NCBI GenBank assembly: GCA_026993975.1
Contig: JALWRR010000201.1
Coordinates: forward strand, 1 to 36,378
Source: Promethearchaeati archaeon
Lineage (GTDB): Archaea; Asgardarchaeota; Njordarchaeia; Njordarchaeales; Njordarchaeaceae
Direction: 5' to 3'
Length of the DNA stretch: 36,378 bases
The translations under genes were made by a program, and so were the position numbers. The notes under the pieces are model-generated. The model was given only the letters and a program-made list of their open reading frames with translations, searched no databases and had not been told where the DNA came from. Positions within the stretch are counted from its first letter, which is position 1; every line of letters starts with the position of its first letter. Of the stretch, positions 1-9,881 are shown piece by piece.

Positions 1-217
1 GCTGCTCTTTTAATCTCCCCTTAGAATATAGCTTCCTCAAGCTATCCTCTATTCTACTTAAAGCTCTCTTTAGGATACTTTCATCAATATCACGCATCCA
101 TACCTCGTAACCAGCCATGGCAAATACTTGAGCTATTCCATGTCCCATTGTGCCAGCTCCTATAACGCATATCCTCTTAATTCTTTCTAATGATAATGAT
201 TCAGATCCGCTGGACAA
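1..217 (-). CDS. 3-hydroxyacyl-CoA dehydrogenase, N-terminal fragment (runs off the window)
   Basis: Not in the ORF track. Manual minus-strand translation gives LSSGSESLSLERIKRICVIGAGTMGHGIAQVFAMAGYEVWMRDIDESILKRALSRIEDSLRKLYSKGRLKEQ, with the GAGTMGxGIA NAD-binding motif of the 3HCDH family. TTG at 217 has GGGTG just upstream; GTG at 226 is an alternative start. Confidence 0.93.
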   Translation of the reverse strand, partial: MSSGSESLSLERIKRICVIGAGTMGHGIAQVFAMAGYEVWMRDIDESILKRALSRIEDSLRKLYSKGRLKEQ

Positions 218-251
218 GAAAAACACCCTTTCATAGGGAACTTTGTTTTTT

Positions 252-329
252 AATACTCATTAGTATGAATCCTAAATTTAGTTTATATTTGTTTACCTAA
301 GAGATGCCCTGCATTATAAATACTCATTA
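252..329. promoter_or_regulatory. Candidate operator sites in the divergent HACD/thiolase promoter region
   Basis: 11-bp direct repeat AATACTCATTA at 252-262 and 319-329. The first copy overlaps the palindrome ATACT-N4-AGTAT (253-266). Confidence 0.4.
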
Positions 330-395
330 AACATAATTATTAAATAATTAATACAACATTATATTACTTTACGCACTTTCCATCTTTCGAAATCT

Positions 396-1586
396 TTGGT
401 GAGAAACTTGAGAAAAGTTGCTATAATCGGTTATGGTCATTCTAAATTTGGTAAAAGAACGGACGTAAATTTTTTTGAGTTAGGTTGGGAATCAATAAAA
501 GAAGCAATCAACACAGCTGGTATTTCTCAAGAAGATATAGATTTCGTAGCTTTATCGAACTTTGGTTTATGGAGTTCCGAACCATCTCCAGCAGCATCAA
601 TTCTAGAATATGCAGGTTTAACACCTAAGGAAGTTATTAGAGTAGAGACAGCATGTTCCTCTGGAAGCGCGGCTGTTAAAACAGCTTATATGGCGGTAGC
701 TAGTGGGAGCGCTGATATAGCTCTAGCCATAGGTATAGAGAAGATGCATGAGAGTGGTACCTCAGATGTAGTTGAGTTATTGGGTAGAATCGGTAGTTAT
801 TTCTGGGAGTTCGAGAATTTCGGACCAACATTTGTTGGTTATTACGCTTTATACGCTAATCAATACATGCATAAATACGGTGCAAAGGAAGAGGATTTAG
901 CGAAAATAGCTGTTAAAAATCATTATTACGGTTTCTATAATCCAAAAGCACAATTTAGAAAAAAGATAACGATTGAAGATGTAATGTCATCACCATACAT
1001 AGCTTGGCCACTAAAACTCTACGACTGCTCACCAATAACGGATGGTTCGGCTGCACTAATCCTGGCCTCAGAGGAGGTGGCGAGGAAGCTTACAGATTCT
1101 CCAGTATGGATCAAAGCGATTGAGGGTGCAACAGCAACAGCAAATCTCGCTAAGAGGGATAACTATATAAGTATACCTTCAGCGGTCATAGCTGCTAGAA
1201 AAGCATATAAGAAAGCTGGTATTGATCCAGAGAAACCCTATAAGCATATTGACGTAGCGGAGGTTCACGATTGCTTTACAATTGCTGAAATTATGGCTTA
1301 TGAGGATTTAGGTTTCGCTAAGAGGGGTGAAGGTTTTAAGTTGGCTAGAGAGGAGCAAACATATATAGGGGGTTTAATCCCTGTTAATTTGAGTGGAGGA
1401 CTTAAATCTAAGGGGCATCCTATTGCAGCGACAGGTGTTAGCATGATGGTTGAGTTAACTAAGCAATTGCTTCAGAAAGTTGAATCAGCTAGGCAAGCAC
1501 CAATAAACAATGGCACTGCTTTAGCTCATAATGTCGGGGGTACAGGACATTACGTGTTTGTAACAATCTTATCGCTTAGTAAATAG
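396..1586 (+). CDS. Acetyl-CoA C-acyltransferase (archaeal/SCP2-type thiolase)
   Basis: Catalytic motifs ETACSSGS, EVHDCF, GHPIAATG and HNVGG; followed by a DUF35 gene. Confidence 0.95.
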   Translation: MVRNLRKVAIIGYGHSKFGKRTDVNFFELGWESIKEAINTAGISQEDIDFVALSNFGLWSSEPSPAASILEYAGLTPKEVIRVETACSSGSAAVKTAYMAVASGSADIALAIGIEKMHESGTSDVVELLGRIGSYFWEFENFGPTFVGYYALYANQYMHKYGAKEEDLAKIAVKNHYYGFYNPKAQFRKKITIEDVMSSPYIAWPLKLYDCSPITDGSAALILASEEVARKLTDSPVWIKAIEGATATANLAKRDNYISIPSAVIAARKAYKKAGIDPEKPYKHIDVAEVHDCFTIAEIMAYEDLGFAKRGEGFKLAREEQTYIGGLIPVNLSGGLKSKGHPIAATGVSMMVELTKQLLQKVESARQAPINNGTALAHNVGGTGHYVFVTILSLSK

Positions 1587-1588
1587 GG

Positions 1589-2092
1589 GTGATGAGATTG
1601 AGTAATAATGATGAGAAATCAAGTTATGAAGGTCTTCCAGTAAGCTTGGACAAGAAGCTTGGAGTTCCAGTATGGAATGATGTTAGAGAACTAAAACTAA
1701 GATACAGGATGTCTCTTGGTAAGATCAAGAAGTTCTTCTCTGCATTGTCTGAAGGAAAGATAATGGCAACTAAGTGTAAGCATTGCGGAAGAATATATTT
1801 CCCTCCTCAAGCAGACTGCCCATATTGCATGAGGAGTGACATGGAGTGGGTGGATGTACCTAATGAGGGGGTGCTCGAGACATTCACAATAGTCAATATA
1901 AAGCCAACTACTTTTAGTCATTACGACGACTATGTCTTGGCTATAGCTAGGTTCGGTGATGGTATTAAGGTTCTAGCTTGGTTGAGAGTAGATGAGAAAT
2001 CTAGAGTAAGGATTGGTATGCGTGTGAAATTGACTGTGATTAAGCGGATTCCAGAGGGATACTATACGTTTGAGCTTGAGCCGATCGATTAA
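1589..2092 (+). CDS. DUF35 family Zn-ribbon/OB-fold protein (thiolase partner)
   Basis: CKHC...PP...CPYC Zn ribbon plus OB-fold (G.LETFT.V...IGMRV). Begins 2 bp after the thiolase stop. Confidence 0.92.
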   Translation: MMRLSNNDEKSSYEGLPVSLDKKLGVPVWNDVRELKLRYRMSLGKIKKFFSALSEGKIMATKCKHCGRIYFPPQADCPYCMRSDMEWVDVPNEGVLETFTIVNIKPTTFSHYDDYVLAIARFGDGIKVLAWLRVDEKSRVRIGMRVKLTVIKRIPEGYYTFELEPID

Positions 2093-2116
2093 TTATCAGT
2101 ACGTTAAATATATCTA

Positions 2117-2431
2117 CTAATGATGCTCATTCATTTCTTTCAATATTAGATCTAATTTATCCCTCGCATTATTATATAGCTTATAGAAATAATTTTTCGC
2201 ACTTGGAGTTCTCAACGATTCTATCACATCCTTAATAGAGTTTAAAGATACTTCCGCGCTTTTTATAATTAACCTAGCGCTATCCATATAGATCCTGTCA
2301 TCAACATCTAACTCGATACCCTTCAATTTCTCGTTTAATAACTCATGAATTTTATCGAGAGTAGCTATGAGAATGCTTAGTTTCCAGAATAAGTATGACG
2401 ATATGTATGGATCTTCAGACATTATTATCAA
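2117..2431 (-). CDS. Hypothetical helical protein
   Basis: 104-aa ORF with natural composition in an otherwise empty gap; no recognisable motif. Confidence 0.6.
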   Translation of the reverse strand: MIIMSEDPYISSYLFWKLSILIATLDKIHELLNEKLKGIELDVDDRIYMDSARLIIKSAEVSLNSIKDVIESLRTPSAKNYFYKLYNNARDKLDLILKEMNEHH

Positions 2432-2705
2432 TCCGCTAGAATGATCTATTAATATATTTAGTTTATTTTTTATTGAAATTTAAATATTGAATATTTTTTT
2501 AGCATTGATTTTTAATCAAGCTTATCGCGGTGCGGAAATATTTCTTCCCTGAAAATTTCTAGATTTATGTATAATCCTTACGATCTCTATAGGTGGAACT
2601 CCTTGTATTCCCAGAGTTACGTAAAAAAATAGAGAATTAGAGAAAGCTGAATTTAGAAGAAATTTTATATAGTGTTCGCAGAGTTTTTGTTTCTTGAATA
2701 AGTAA

Positions 2706-3221
2706 ATGTTTATTGCGCTCTTTTTGGGCGCTAGATTGAATAATGACCTTATCCTGGAAGTGTTTGATTTGAAACAATATTGGAGTGTTTTATTGAAAGA
2801 GCCGATTAGAAATATAGTTGATTTAAATAAAATAGAGTTCATTGATGTCAGGGAGATATATAATAATTATGTTGGGTTCGAGAAATCGGTGCTACTAGAG
2901 CTGGTGGAAAACTTTAATAAGTTTAATAATTACGAGAGCAAAACAATGATTAGCGAGGTTAAATCTCCTGAGGGAGAAGATCTAAGCGATAGACCAATAT
3001 TAAGCCTAGTCGGGGTGGATAAAAATAATTTAAGATTCGGGATTCTTATCTATCTGAGTGATAAAGATGCGGTTATTTTAGGGTTATGGCCAAAACAATT
3101 CTTCGATGCTGTGAAAAGTGATGAGAATGTGCTTATTGGTGCAATAGTTGCTTTTCTTAAAGCTCCAGAAAACTGGAAACAAGTTTTATTAATCCTACCA
3201 GCTAGTCTAGAGATAAATTAG
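2706..3221 (+). CDS. Hypothetical protein
   Basis: 171-aa ORF with globular alpha/beta-like pattern. The true start may be slightly downstream; no family recognised. Confidence 0.7.
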   Translation: MFIALFLGARLNNDLILEVFDLKQYWSVLLKEPIRNIVDLNKIEFIDVREIYNNYVGFEKSVLLELVENFNKFNNYESKTMISEVKSPEGEDLSDRPILSLVGVDKNNLRFGILIYLSDKDAVILGLWPKQFFDAVKSDENVLIGAIVAFLKAPENWKQVLLILPASLEIN

Positions 3222-3475
3222 GTAAAGCAGGGTTCTCCCATTTTATGGGGTGTTTAAGGAGTTTTTTCTCATATAACATTGCCTAATTAGCTATATTAAC
3301 GCTTCTGCGGGTAATTAAGAGTCATGTTCAATTTTTAAGGAAAAATTTAAAATTAAATCATGGTTTTTATATTGCGTCGTTCAAGCAACGTTTATTCGAT
3401 AATATTTATCATCCAAAGTATAATAAAGATAAAATTCTCGAAATCAAAATTTTTCTAAGATATTTAGGTGTTATT

Positions 3476-3790
3476 ATGAATGAAAAGTTTGATGAAAGAG
3501 TTCGGGAAGAGGCCCTCTTTTTAGTTTCCTCAGCTAGAGATTACCTCAAGAAACTGAATACGTTTCTAGAAAAGCTTAAGATAGAGGATTTCATGAAGAC
3601 TCTAGAGCAATTACATAGAGCGTTTGGTGAGATTCTAGGCTTAACCAAATATATGCAGGAGAACATGGATAAGTTCAGTGAGACATATTACTCAGTTATG
3701 AACGAGATGCAACTTATCTTGCAAGAGACATTTAATATAACTGAAAGCTTCATTAGAGAGTTAAAAAAGAGAATTAATAATGTGTCATAA
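3476..3790 (+). CDS. Hypothetical helical-bundle protein
   Basis: AGGTG SD just upstream of ATG; amphipathic E/K/L-rich helices. Confidence 0.75.
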   Translation: MNEKFDERVREEALFLVSSARDYLKKLNTFLEKLKIEDFMKTLEQLHRAFGEILGLTKYMQENMDKFSETYYSVMNEMQLILQETFNITESFIRELKKRINNVS

Positions 3791-3827
3791 AGAGCTATTA
3801 TTGTCACACAGTATTAAAGAGATATAA

Positions 3828-4121
3828 TTAACCAAATCTATATTGTACGCCGAACCCTCCCCTAGGATGATTCCATTTAACTGCATCATTTGGACAAGCT
3901 ACCCTGCAAGAACCGCATTCTAAGCAGCCCTCATAATTAAACTGTATCTTCCCATTTTCATCAAGCGTATATAGGTTTGCTGGACACACATATAGACAGG
4001 GCTTTAAATCGCATGTATCGCACTTAGATACATCAACAATTATGTGTGGTTCCTCATCGACATTAAATACAACGAGAGCAAGCCTCTCTTCAATGCTTAA
4101 CTTTTTCTCGACATTACTCAT
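3828..4121 (-). CDS. fixX: FixX/EtfX ferredoxin-like protein
   Basis: PHI...CxxC...CxxxCP and CLECGSCRVACP motifs, C-terminal PRGGFGVQYRFG; overlaps the fixC stop. Confidence 0.93.
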   Translation of the reverse strand: MSNVEKKLSIEERLALVVFNVDEEPHIIVDVSKCDTCDLKPCLYVCPANLYTLDENGKIQFNYEGCLECGSCRVACPNDAVKWNHPRGGFGVQYRFG

Positions 4122-5401
4122 ATAGATCTCACCGCCCTTAATCCATCTCTAATCAGCCCGAGAAGAGAGATTTTCTTCTTTTTCATGATTCCCCTTAGGG
4201 TTGGATATAGTCTTCTGGGGTTACCATCAACCGTTAGTATCTCTCTGAAGAAATCATTCAATAATTCGGGATACTTGGTGTATATTCTCTCATTCGATAG
4301 AAACTCTGGAGCTTTTCTGAATGCTTCTAGCTCCCGGTATATGAAGCTATTCCTAAGCTTTTTTAGATATATCGATAAAGCATTTCTGTCGCTTCCTCCC
4401 TTGCTATGGGCTTCCAGGATAGTATCAGCTGCAATCTTGCCAGATTCAATAGCGAAATCAACGCCTCTAACAATTAACCCAGTATTTAACTCGAATCCAG
4501 CTGCTGCCCCAATAACTAAGTAGCCATCTCCAACAAGATATCTATCTGGTAGTTTTCCTCGCTCAACAACGAAGTGAGCTGAGTACTCTATCATGTACGA
4601 GTCTTTTAGTAAGCGTTTTAGTAAGGGATGCATTCTGAACTCTTCCACTATATCATACATCTTGATCCTCTTTCTCGCTGGCTCATCCAGCCTAACAACA
4701 ACGCCTAGCGCTACTTCGTTCTTCATAGTGTATAGGAATCCTCCACCTATGGCCCCTAAAGATGGGTAACCAACTAGTAATGCTGCAACGCCCTCATCAT
4801 CATTAACACCGAATCTCTCATTGATCTTTTCGGAATCTAATCTAAATACCTCTTTGACACCTAGAGCAACTTCATTAGGTTTAGTTTTAGGTTTGAGGTT
4901 AAGGGAATCTAGTAGAACGGTGTTTGCGCCTTCCGCAATTACTACATAATCAGCTATTAATTTATCCTCTCCAGCTATCACACCCTTAACTTTCTTGTTC
5001 TCTATTATTAATGAATCCACCCGCACACCATTAGCTATCAAAGCGCCTGCATTCTCAGCCTTCTCCCCAAGCCACTTCACAAATTTAGTTAAGTATGCAG
5101 TGAAGCTCTCTTCTAAAAATCCTTTATCAGCGAAAAACTCTACCTTAACTGCACTATCTCTGGTCATAAAGTACAATTGCTCTTTTCTAACCCATCTCTC
5201 TATTGGAGCTTCATCCTTATACTCTGGGAAATACTTCTTTAGGACATGGCTATAGATTCTTCCACCATAAACATTCTTAGCCCCTAATTCGGAGGCCTTA
5301 TCTAATATCACTACATCTAAACCACTCTTAGCAAGGAAGTATCCCGCTGTTAAACCGCTTGGCCCAGCTCCAATAATAGCTACATCAAATTTCTCTGACA
5401 A
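4118..5401 (-). CDS. fixC: FixC/EtfC ETF:quinone oxidoreductase-like FAD protein
   Basis: GAGPSG FAD motif, GAKNVYGG, GVKE, EYSAH, RGVDFAIESG; lies in etfB-etfA-fixC-fixX order. Confidence 0.93.
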   Translation of the reverse strand: MSEKFDVAIIGAGPSGLTAGYFLAKSGLDVVILDKASELGAKNVYGGRIYSHVLKKYFPEYKDEAPIERWVRKEQLYFMTRDSAVKVEFFADKGFLEESFTAYLTKFVKWLGEKAENAGALIANGVRVDSLIIENKKVKGVIAGEDKLIADYVVIAEGANTVLLDSLNLKPKTKPNEVALGVKEVFRLDSEKINERFGVNDDEGVAALLVGYPSLGAIGGGFLYTMKNEVALGVVVRLDEPARKRIKMYDIVEEFRMHPLLKRLLKDSYMIEYSAHFVVERGKLPDRYLVGDGYLVIGAAAGFELNTGLIVRGVDFAIESGKIAADTILEAHSKGGSDRNALSIYLKKLRNSFIYRELEAFRKAPEFLSNERIYTKYPELLNDFFREILTVDGNPRRLYPTLRGIMKKKKISLLGLIRDGLRAVRSI

Positions 5402-5404
5402 TAC

Positions 5405-6358
5405 TTAACCCTCTTTGATCTTTTTTAGTTTCTCTATTAATTTGGGTAATACTTGATATAGATCACCTATTACGCCATAATCCGCAAACTTGAAGATCGG
5501 TGCCTCTGAATCCTTATTTATTGCTACGATAATTTTTGATTCCCTTATACCTGAAGTATGCTGTGGTTGACCAGATATTCCAGCAGCGATATATAATTTA
5601 GGCCTTATACTTACTCCCGAGATACCTATCCACTCTGAAGCCCATCCATAATCAGCTGCAAGTGGGCGGGTCACACCCCATGCGCCTCCTAGGATACTCG
5701 CTAGCTCTTTTAACATCTCTAAATCCTCTTTCTTTCGAATACCTCTGCCACCACCAATCACTACATCTGCCTCATCTAGTTTGATTCCTTCCTCAACAGC
5801 TTTTGGAACGAACTCAGTTAATTCTAGAGTTATATCGCTTAAATCAATTGTTCTCTGGATTACTTCAGCTGTTCCTCCTTCTCCTCTAGCCTTAAAAACT
5901 CCTGGCTTAATTAATAACACTGCTTTATCTCCTTTAACTTCCTCCTTAGCTAGAGCTTTCCCCGAATAAACAGGTCTCTCTGCAATTATTTTTCCATTAT
6001 CAAGCTCTAATTTAGATACATCCACAATTAATCCCGCATTGATTTTAGAAGCTATTAGACCACTAAGAATCTTATTCTTGTAACTAGAGTTCATCAGGAC
6101 ATATTTAACATTGAATTCACCGATAGCTTCCTGTAAAGCCTTTAGATATGCGACTGGATTATAATTATTGAGTCCCTCAGAACTATACACAAGGATCTTG
6201 CTGAATCCTAGGTCAGCTATATTATTTACTTGATCAGCATTATTAGCCCCTATAACAAGGCCAATAATTTCGCCTCCGAAACCCTCCTTAAATAGCTTTC
6301 CAGCACTTATTAATTCTCCATAAAGATTAATTTTGTCTGAGTAAATCAAGATGCTCAT
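5405..6358 (-). CDS. etfA: Electron transfer flavoprotein alpha subunit (EtfA/FixB)
   Basis: RPVYSG, ADVVIGGGRG, TRP, PKLYIAAGISGQPQH and AINKDSEAPIF motifs. Confidence 0.95.
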   Translation of the reverse strand: MSILIYSDKINLYGELISAGKLFKEGFGGEIIGLVIGANNADQVNNIADLGFSKILVYSSEGLNNYNPVAYLKALQEAIGEFNVKYVLMNSSYKNKILSGLIASKINAGLIVDVSKLELDNGKIIAERPVYSGKALAKEEVKGDKAVLLIKPGVFKARGEGGTAEVIQRTIDLSDITLELTEFVPKAVEEGIKLDEADVVIGGGRGIRKKEDLEMLKELASILGGAWGVTRPLAADYGWASEWIGISGVSIRPKLYIAAGISGQPQHTSGIRESKIIVAINKDSEAPIFKFADYGVIGDLYQVLPKLIEKLKKIKEG

Positions 6359-7131
6359 AAGACTCCCTCCTCCTTTAAGTAATTAATCAATTTATCTATA
6401 ACCTCATCGAGCTTTGAGGGATCAGAAGCATCTAATATCACTTGCTTTCTCTTCTCCTCATAAGCCTTAACATCAGTAGTAATTACTAGATCGCTGATTT
6501 CCCCTAAGCCTAGATCAGAGACAGAAAGCTCATTTATCTTCTTTCTCTTGGCTCTGAGAATATCCTTTAATTTAGGTATCCTCGGTTCATTTATCTCTAG
6601 AGTGACTGTCACAACCACAGGCATCTTTGACTTATATGTGTATTTACCATCATCTAGAGCGGATTCAGCAGTAATCTCGTTATTCTCCACATCTAGTTTG
6701 CTCACGAAAGGTATTATTGGAATGTTCAATAAGCTAGCGATTCTAGCCCCTAATGTCCCACTGAAACTATCTGTAGAAGCACCACCAAGCATAACTAAAT
6801 CAAAGGGTCCTTTTGATTCATAGAACTTACTGAATACATTAGCTATGAATCCTGTATCATGAAATTCCTCAACTGGGATTAAATATGCCTCGTCCGCACC
6901 CATAGCGTACGCTTCAAGAAGTATCTTGTTTGCTTCTTTAGGACCTATACAGAGCACTACTACTTCCCCACCATGCTTCTCCTTAATCCTTATTGCTTCC
7001 TCAAGGGCTCTCTTATCCATATCACCCATTTTTTTAGGGGTCTCATCAAGCAGAATCTCTCTTGTTTTTGGGTCTATTGATAGGTTCTCAACTTGAAGCG
7101 AATACTTAATACCAACAAGAGTTCTAACCAT
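6355..7131 (-). CDS. etfB: Electron transfer flavoprotein beta subunit (EtfB/FixA)
   Basis: D.RALEEAIRIKE, AMGADEA, STD and INEPRIP motifs. ATG 7131 preferred over GTG 7143, which lies in an SD-like GTGGGGA. Confidence 0.95.
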   Translation of the reverse strand: MVRTLVGIKYSLQVENLSIDPKTREILLDETPKKMGDMDKRALEEAIRIKEKHGGEVVVLCIGPKEANKILLEAYAMGADEAYLIPVEEFHDTGFIANVFSKFYESKGPFDLVMLGGASTDSFSGTLGARIASLLNIPIIPFVSKLDVENNEITAESALDDGKYTYKSKMPVVVTVTLEINEPRIPKLKDILRAKRKKINELSVSDLGLGEISDLVITTDVKAYEEKRKQVILDASDPSKLDEVIDKLINYLKEEGVL

Positions 7132-7454
7132 GCTTATCCCCACTCAGAGAGCTAAAGAACTGCAATTAATATAGATTCATCAAAAACATATAATTATAAC
7201 GGCTATACAATATCATTAAATAAATACCGGGATAGATTTCTGGTCAGCTACTAGCGAGATCTGTATAACCCTAGAGAAATAATTAATCATGCTAAAACAA
7301 AATTTGTATAGATTATATAGTATCAATGTTAGTAAAGCGTAAAGCTTTAATATGACATAAGATAGTTATTGTTTCTAGTGTATGAAATTAAAATGTGTTA
7401 ACTTATACAATTTTTAACAAATAATGAAATTTGATAAATGAGAGATGATAAGGA

Positions 7455-7769
7455 ATGAGGAAATATAGAGTTGCGGATAAGTATAAGGCAATAAAGGTTA
7501 TAGATCCATATTCAATAGCTATAATTCTAGCGTTGAGGGAGGGAAGCAAGAACATTACCTTGGTTAACTTATCAGCAACAGAGTACGCTGAGATGACTAT
7601 AGCCACAACCATAAAAAAGTTAAGGGAGTTAGCTAAGTACGGTTTAGTTGAATGGAAGGAATCATCTATTGGCAGGGGAATAAAAGAGAAGACATATAAG
7701 TTGACAGAGAGAGGAATGGCTCTAGCTGATGCATTAGCAAAAGTTTTGGGAATTAATAGTAAGCAGTAG
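7455..7769 (+). CDS. Winged-helix transcriptional regulator (HxlR/ArsR/MarR-like)
   Basis: TTIKKLRELAKYGLVE...YKLTERG wHTH signature; divergent from the etf operon. Confidence 0.8.
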   Translation: MRKYRVADKYKAIKVIDPYSIAIILALREGSKNITLVNLSATEYAEMTIATTIKKLRELAKYGLVEWKESSIGRGIKEKTYKLTERGMALADALAKVLGINSKQ

Positions 7770-7903
7770 ATGAGATTTTTTACTCTGAGCGGACAATTTT
7801 TAATATTTCCTCTCATACCGTTCCTTACCCTAATAGTTATAAATCATTTTTCTTTCTTTCATATTATATTGATCAACATCAGTTTTACCTTAGGTTTAGT
7901 AAA

Positions 7904-9763
7904 TTGAGTTCACCACTGAGATACTTTCCTTATTCTCCGAGATTCAACCAAGCCAAGGTAATGAAAAAGCTTTACTTAGAGATGAAGGATGGAAAATCAA
8001 TATTCTTTAATGCTCCAACGGGCTATGGTAAGACTCCAGTAGTGTTATCATCAGCGCTTCCCATCGCTGAGAAACTGGGGTTAAGAATTATCTGGACTGT
8101 TCGAACGGGTAATGAGACAGATAGACCGATAGAAGAGCTTCTTAATATTTCCAAAAAGATTGGTAGGTTTATTTTCGGTTTCTCACTTAGGGGAAAAAGA
8201 GACATGTGTTTGTTAGCAAGGGAAAGAAATATAAGTGATCATGAGGGAGTTAGCGTTGTGTGTCAAAAACTAAGGAGAAAATGCCAGTATTACCACAATC
8301 TCTCAGTAGGGCACTTCACTTTCACTAAACCCTTAATATTCAGTGAGATTCTTGATTACGCAATGAAAACTAGGATTTGTCCATACTTCCTCCAATTTAA
8401 ATTACTGAGAAAAGCCACAGTTATTTCTTTGAGCTATAATTACATATTCTCGAGAGCTATTAGCTGGAGTATAAGAAATCATATAAACTTGAGAGACTCA
8501 ATCTTGATTGTTGATGAAGCCCATAACATGCAGAATGTTATATCCTCACTTTACTCAGATAAGATAACTATAAATACAGTTGATCGAGCCATAAATGAGT
8601 TAAAAGAGTTTAGAGATAAAGATTCTGTAAAGCTACTGGATAAACTCAAGCACTTAAGAGATCTACTAGCTAAAGAGGCTAATAGCCTTAAAGGTGAAGA
8701 TGATTTATTCGATATAGAGAGCATATTTTATGAATCTGGTATTGATGACGATGATGTAAACCATGCTAGAAAAGTTATATCGAAGATTTATTCAAATAAG
8801 CTTAAGGAGGGTAAATCACCCAGATCATCCCTACGGCACTTAATTGATTTCCTAGTAACATCAATCAATATGCTTGGAATTAATGGAATTGTATTCCTCA
8901 AGTATAGGGATAAAAACAGGGTGATCTTTGAGAGATGGGATATGAGGGCGTCAGAATACCTCAACGATATTTGGGGACAATTCTACAGCATAGTATTCAT
9001 GTCTGGTACCCTTAAACCCTATAAAGCTTTCTCCGAAATTATTGGACTGAATGAATATGTGGCTATATCAGATAAATTCAATGTACTGAAGACGAACGTT
9101 ATCTCCCTAATAGTTAAGGATCTAAGTACTAAGGGGGAAGAGCTAGATAAAGAAATGCGCAATAGATATGTGGAAGCACTAAAGTTGATTATTCCGGAAC
9201 TAGAGTTTAACACAGCTATTTTCTTCGCTAGCTACCGGATTATGAATGAGTTAATAGATGAAGTAACAGATCTAGCTAAAGAACACGATAAAAAGATTTA
9301 TGTTGAGAGAGAAGGAATGAAAGGAGAGGAAGCCAGGAAGATACTAGATGATTTCAAGAAAGGCTCCAATAACATTCTTCTAGCCTCAATGCAAGGTAGA
9401 TTCGCCGAAGGAGCAGATTTTCCCGGTGAAGCACTTGAATGCATAATATTGATCGGTATACCTTTCGAGAAGTTAACAATGAGAACCAAGCTATACATAA
9501 ACTATTACACGGAACTATATGGTTCCACTAAAGGCAAGTTCTATGCCTATATCCTCCCAGCGCTAAAACGAGCATCACAATCAATGGGTAGAGCTATTAG
9601 AGGCCCAAGCGACAAAGCTATTATAATAGCGATGGATGAGAGGTATAGAGAGAAGAGATATTTAAAGCTCTTGCCTTACTTCTTCACACAAAACGTAAAA
9701 CTAGTTAACACTCTAGCAGCTATAGACTTTATTAACGATTTCAAAAAAATAAGAAGAAACTAA
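7904..9763 (+). CDS. xpd: XPD/Rad3/DinG family 4Fe-4S DNA helicase
   Basis: Q motif (PRFNQ), APTGYGKT, four FeS cysteines (DMC, VC, KC, ICPY), DEAH, MSGT, GRFAEGADF and QSMGRAIR. Confidence 0.93.
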   Translation: MSSPLRYFPYSPRFNQAKVMKKLYLEMKDGKSIFFNAPTGYGKTPVVLSSALPIAEKLGLRIIWTVRTGNETDRPIEELLNISKKIGRFIFGFSLRGKRDMCLLARERNISDHEGVSVVCQKLRRKCQYYHNLSVGHFTFTKPLIFSEILDYAMKTRICPYFLQFKLLRKATVISLSYNYIFSRAISWSIRNHINLRDSILIVDEAHNMQNVISSLYSDKITINTVDRAINELKEFRDKDSVKLLDKLKHLRDLLAKEANSLKGEDDLFDIESIFYESGIDDDDVNHARKVISKIYSNKLKEGKSPRSSLRHLIDFLVTSINMLGINGIVFLKYRDKNRVIFERWDMRASEYLNDIWGQFYSIVFMSGTLKPYKAFSEIIGLNEYVAISDKFNVLKTNVISLIVKDLSTKGEELDKEMRNRYVEALKLIIPELEFNTAIFFASYRIMNELIDEVTDLAKEHDKKIYVEREGMKGEEARKILDDFKKGSNNILLASMQGRFAEGADFPGEALECIILIGIPFEKLTMRTKLYINYYTELYGSTKGKFYAYILPALKRASQSMGRAIRGPSDKAIIIAMDERYREKRYLKLLPYFFTQNVKLVNTLAAIDFINDFKKIRRN

Positions 9764-9881
9764 ATATCAGGGAAAATCTAATTAGATATAGTGAGATGTC
9801 AGAATAAACTAAATCTAAGAACGCAGATATAGTATTCATTAATTTTATTATATTATATTTACTCAAAATAACGCTTGATAG

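Noticed and set aside
3231-3250. Small hairpin CCCAT-TTT-ATGGG, and similarity of GGTTCTCCCATTTTA to GGTTCCCCATTTTA near 21129
   Set aside because: Only a 5-bp stem and a gapped two-copy match; not enough for a repeat family, terminator or ncRNA call.
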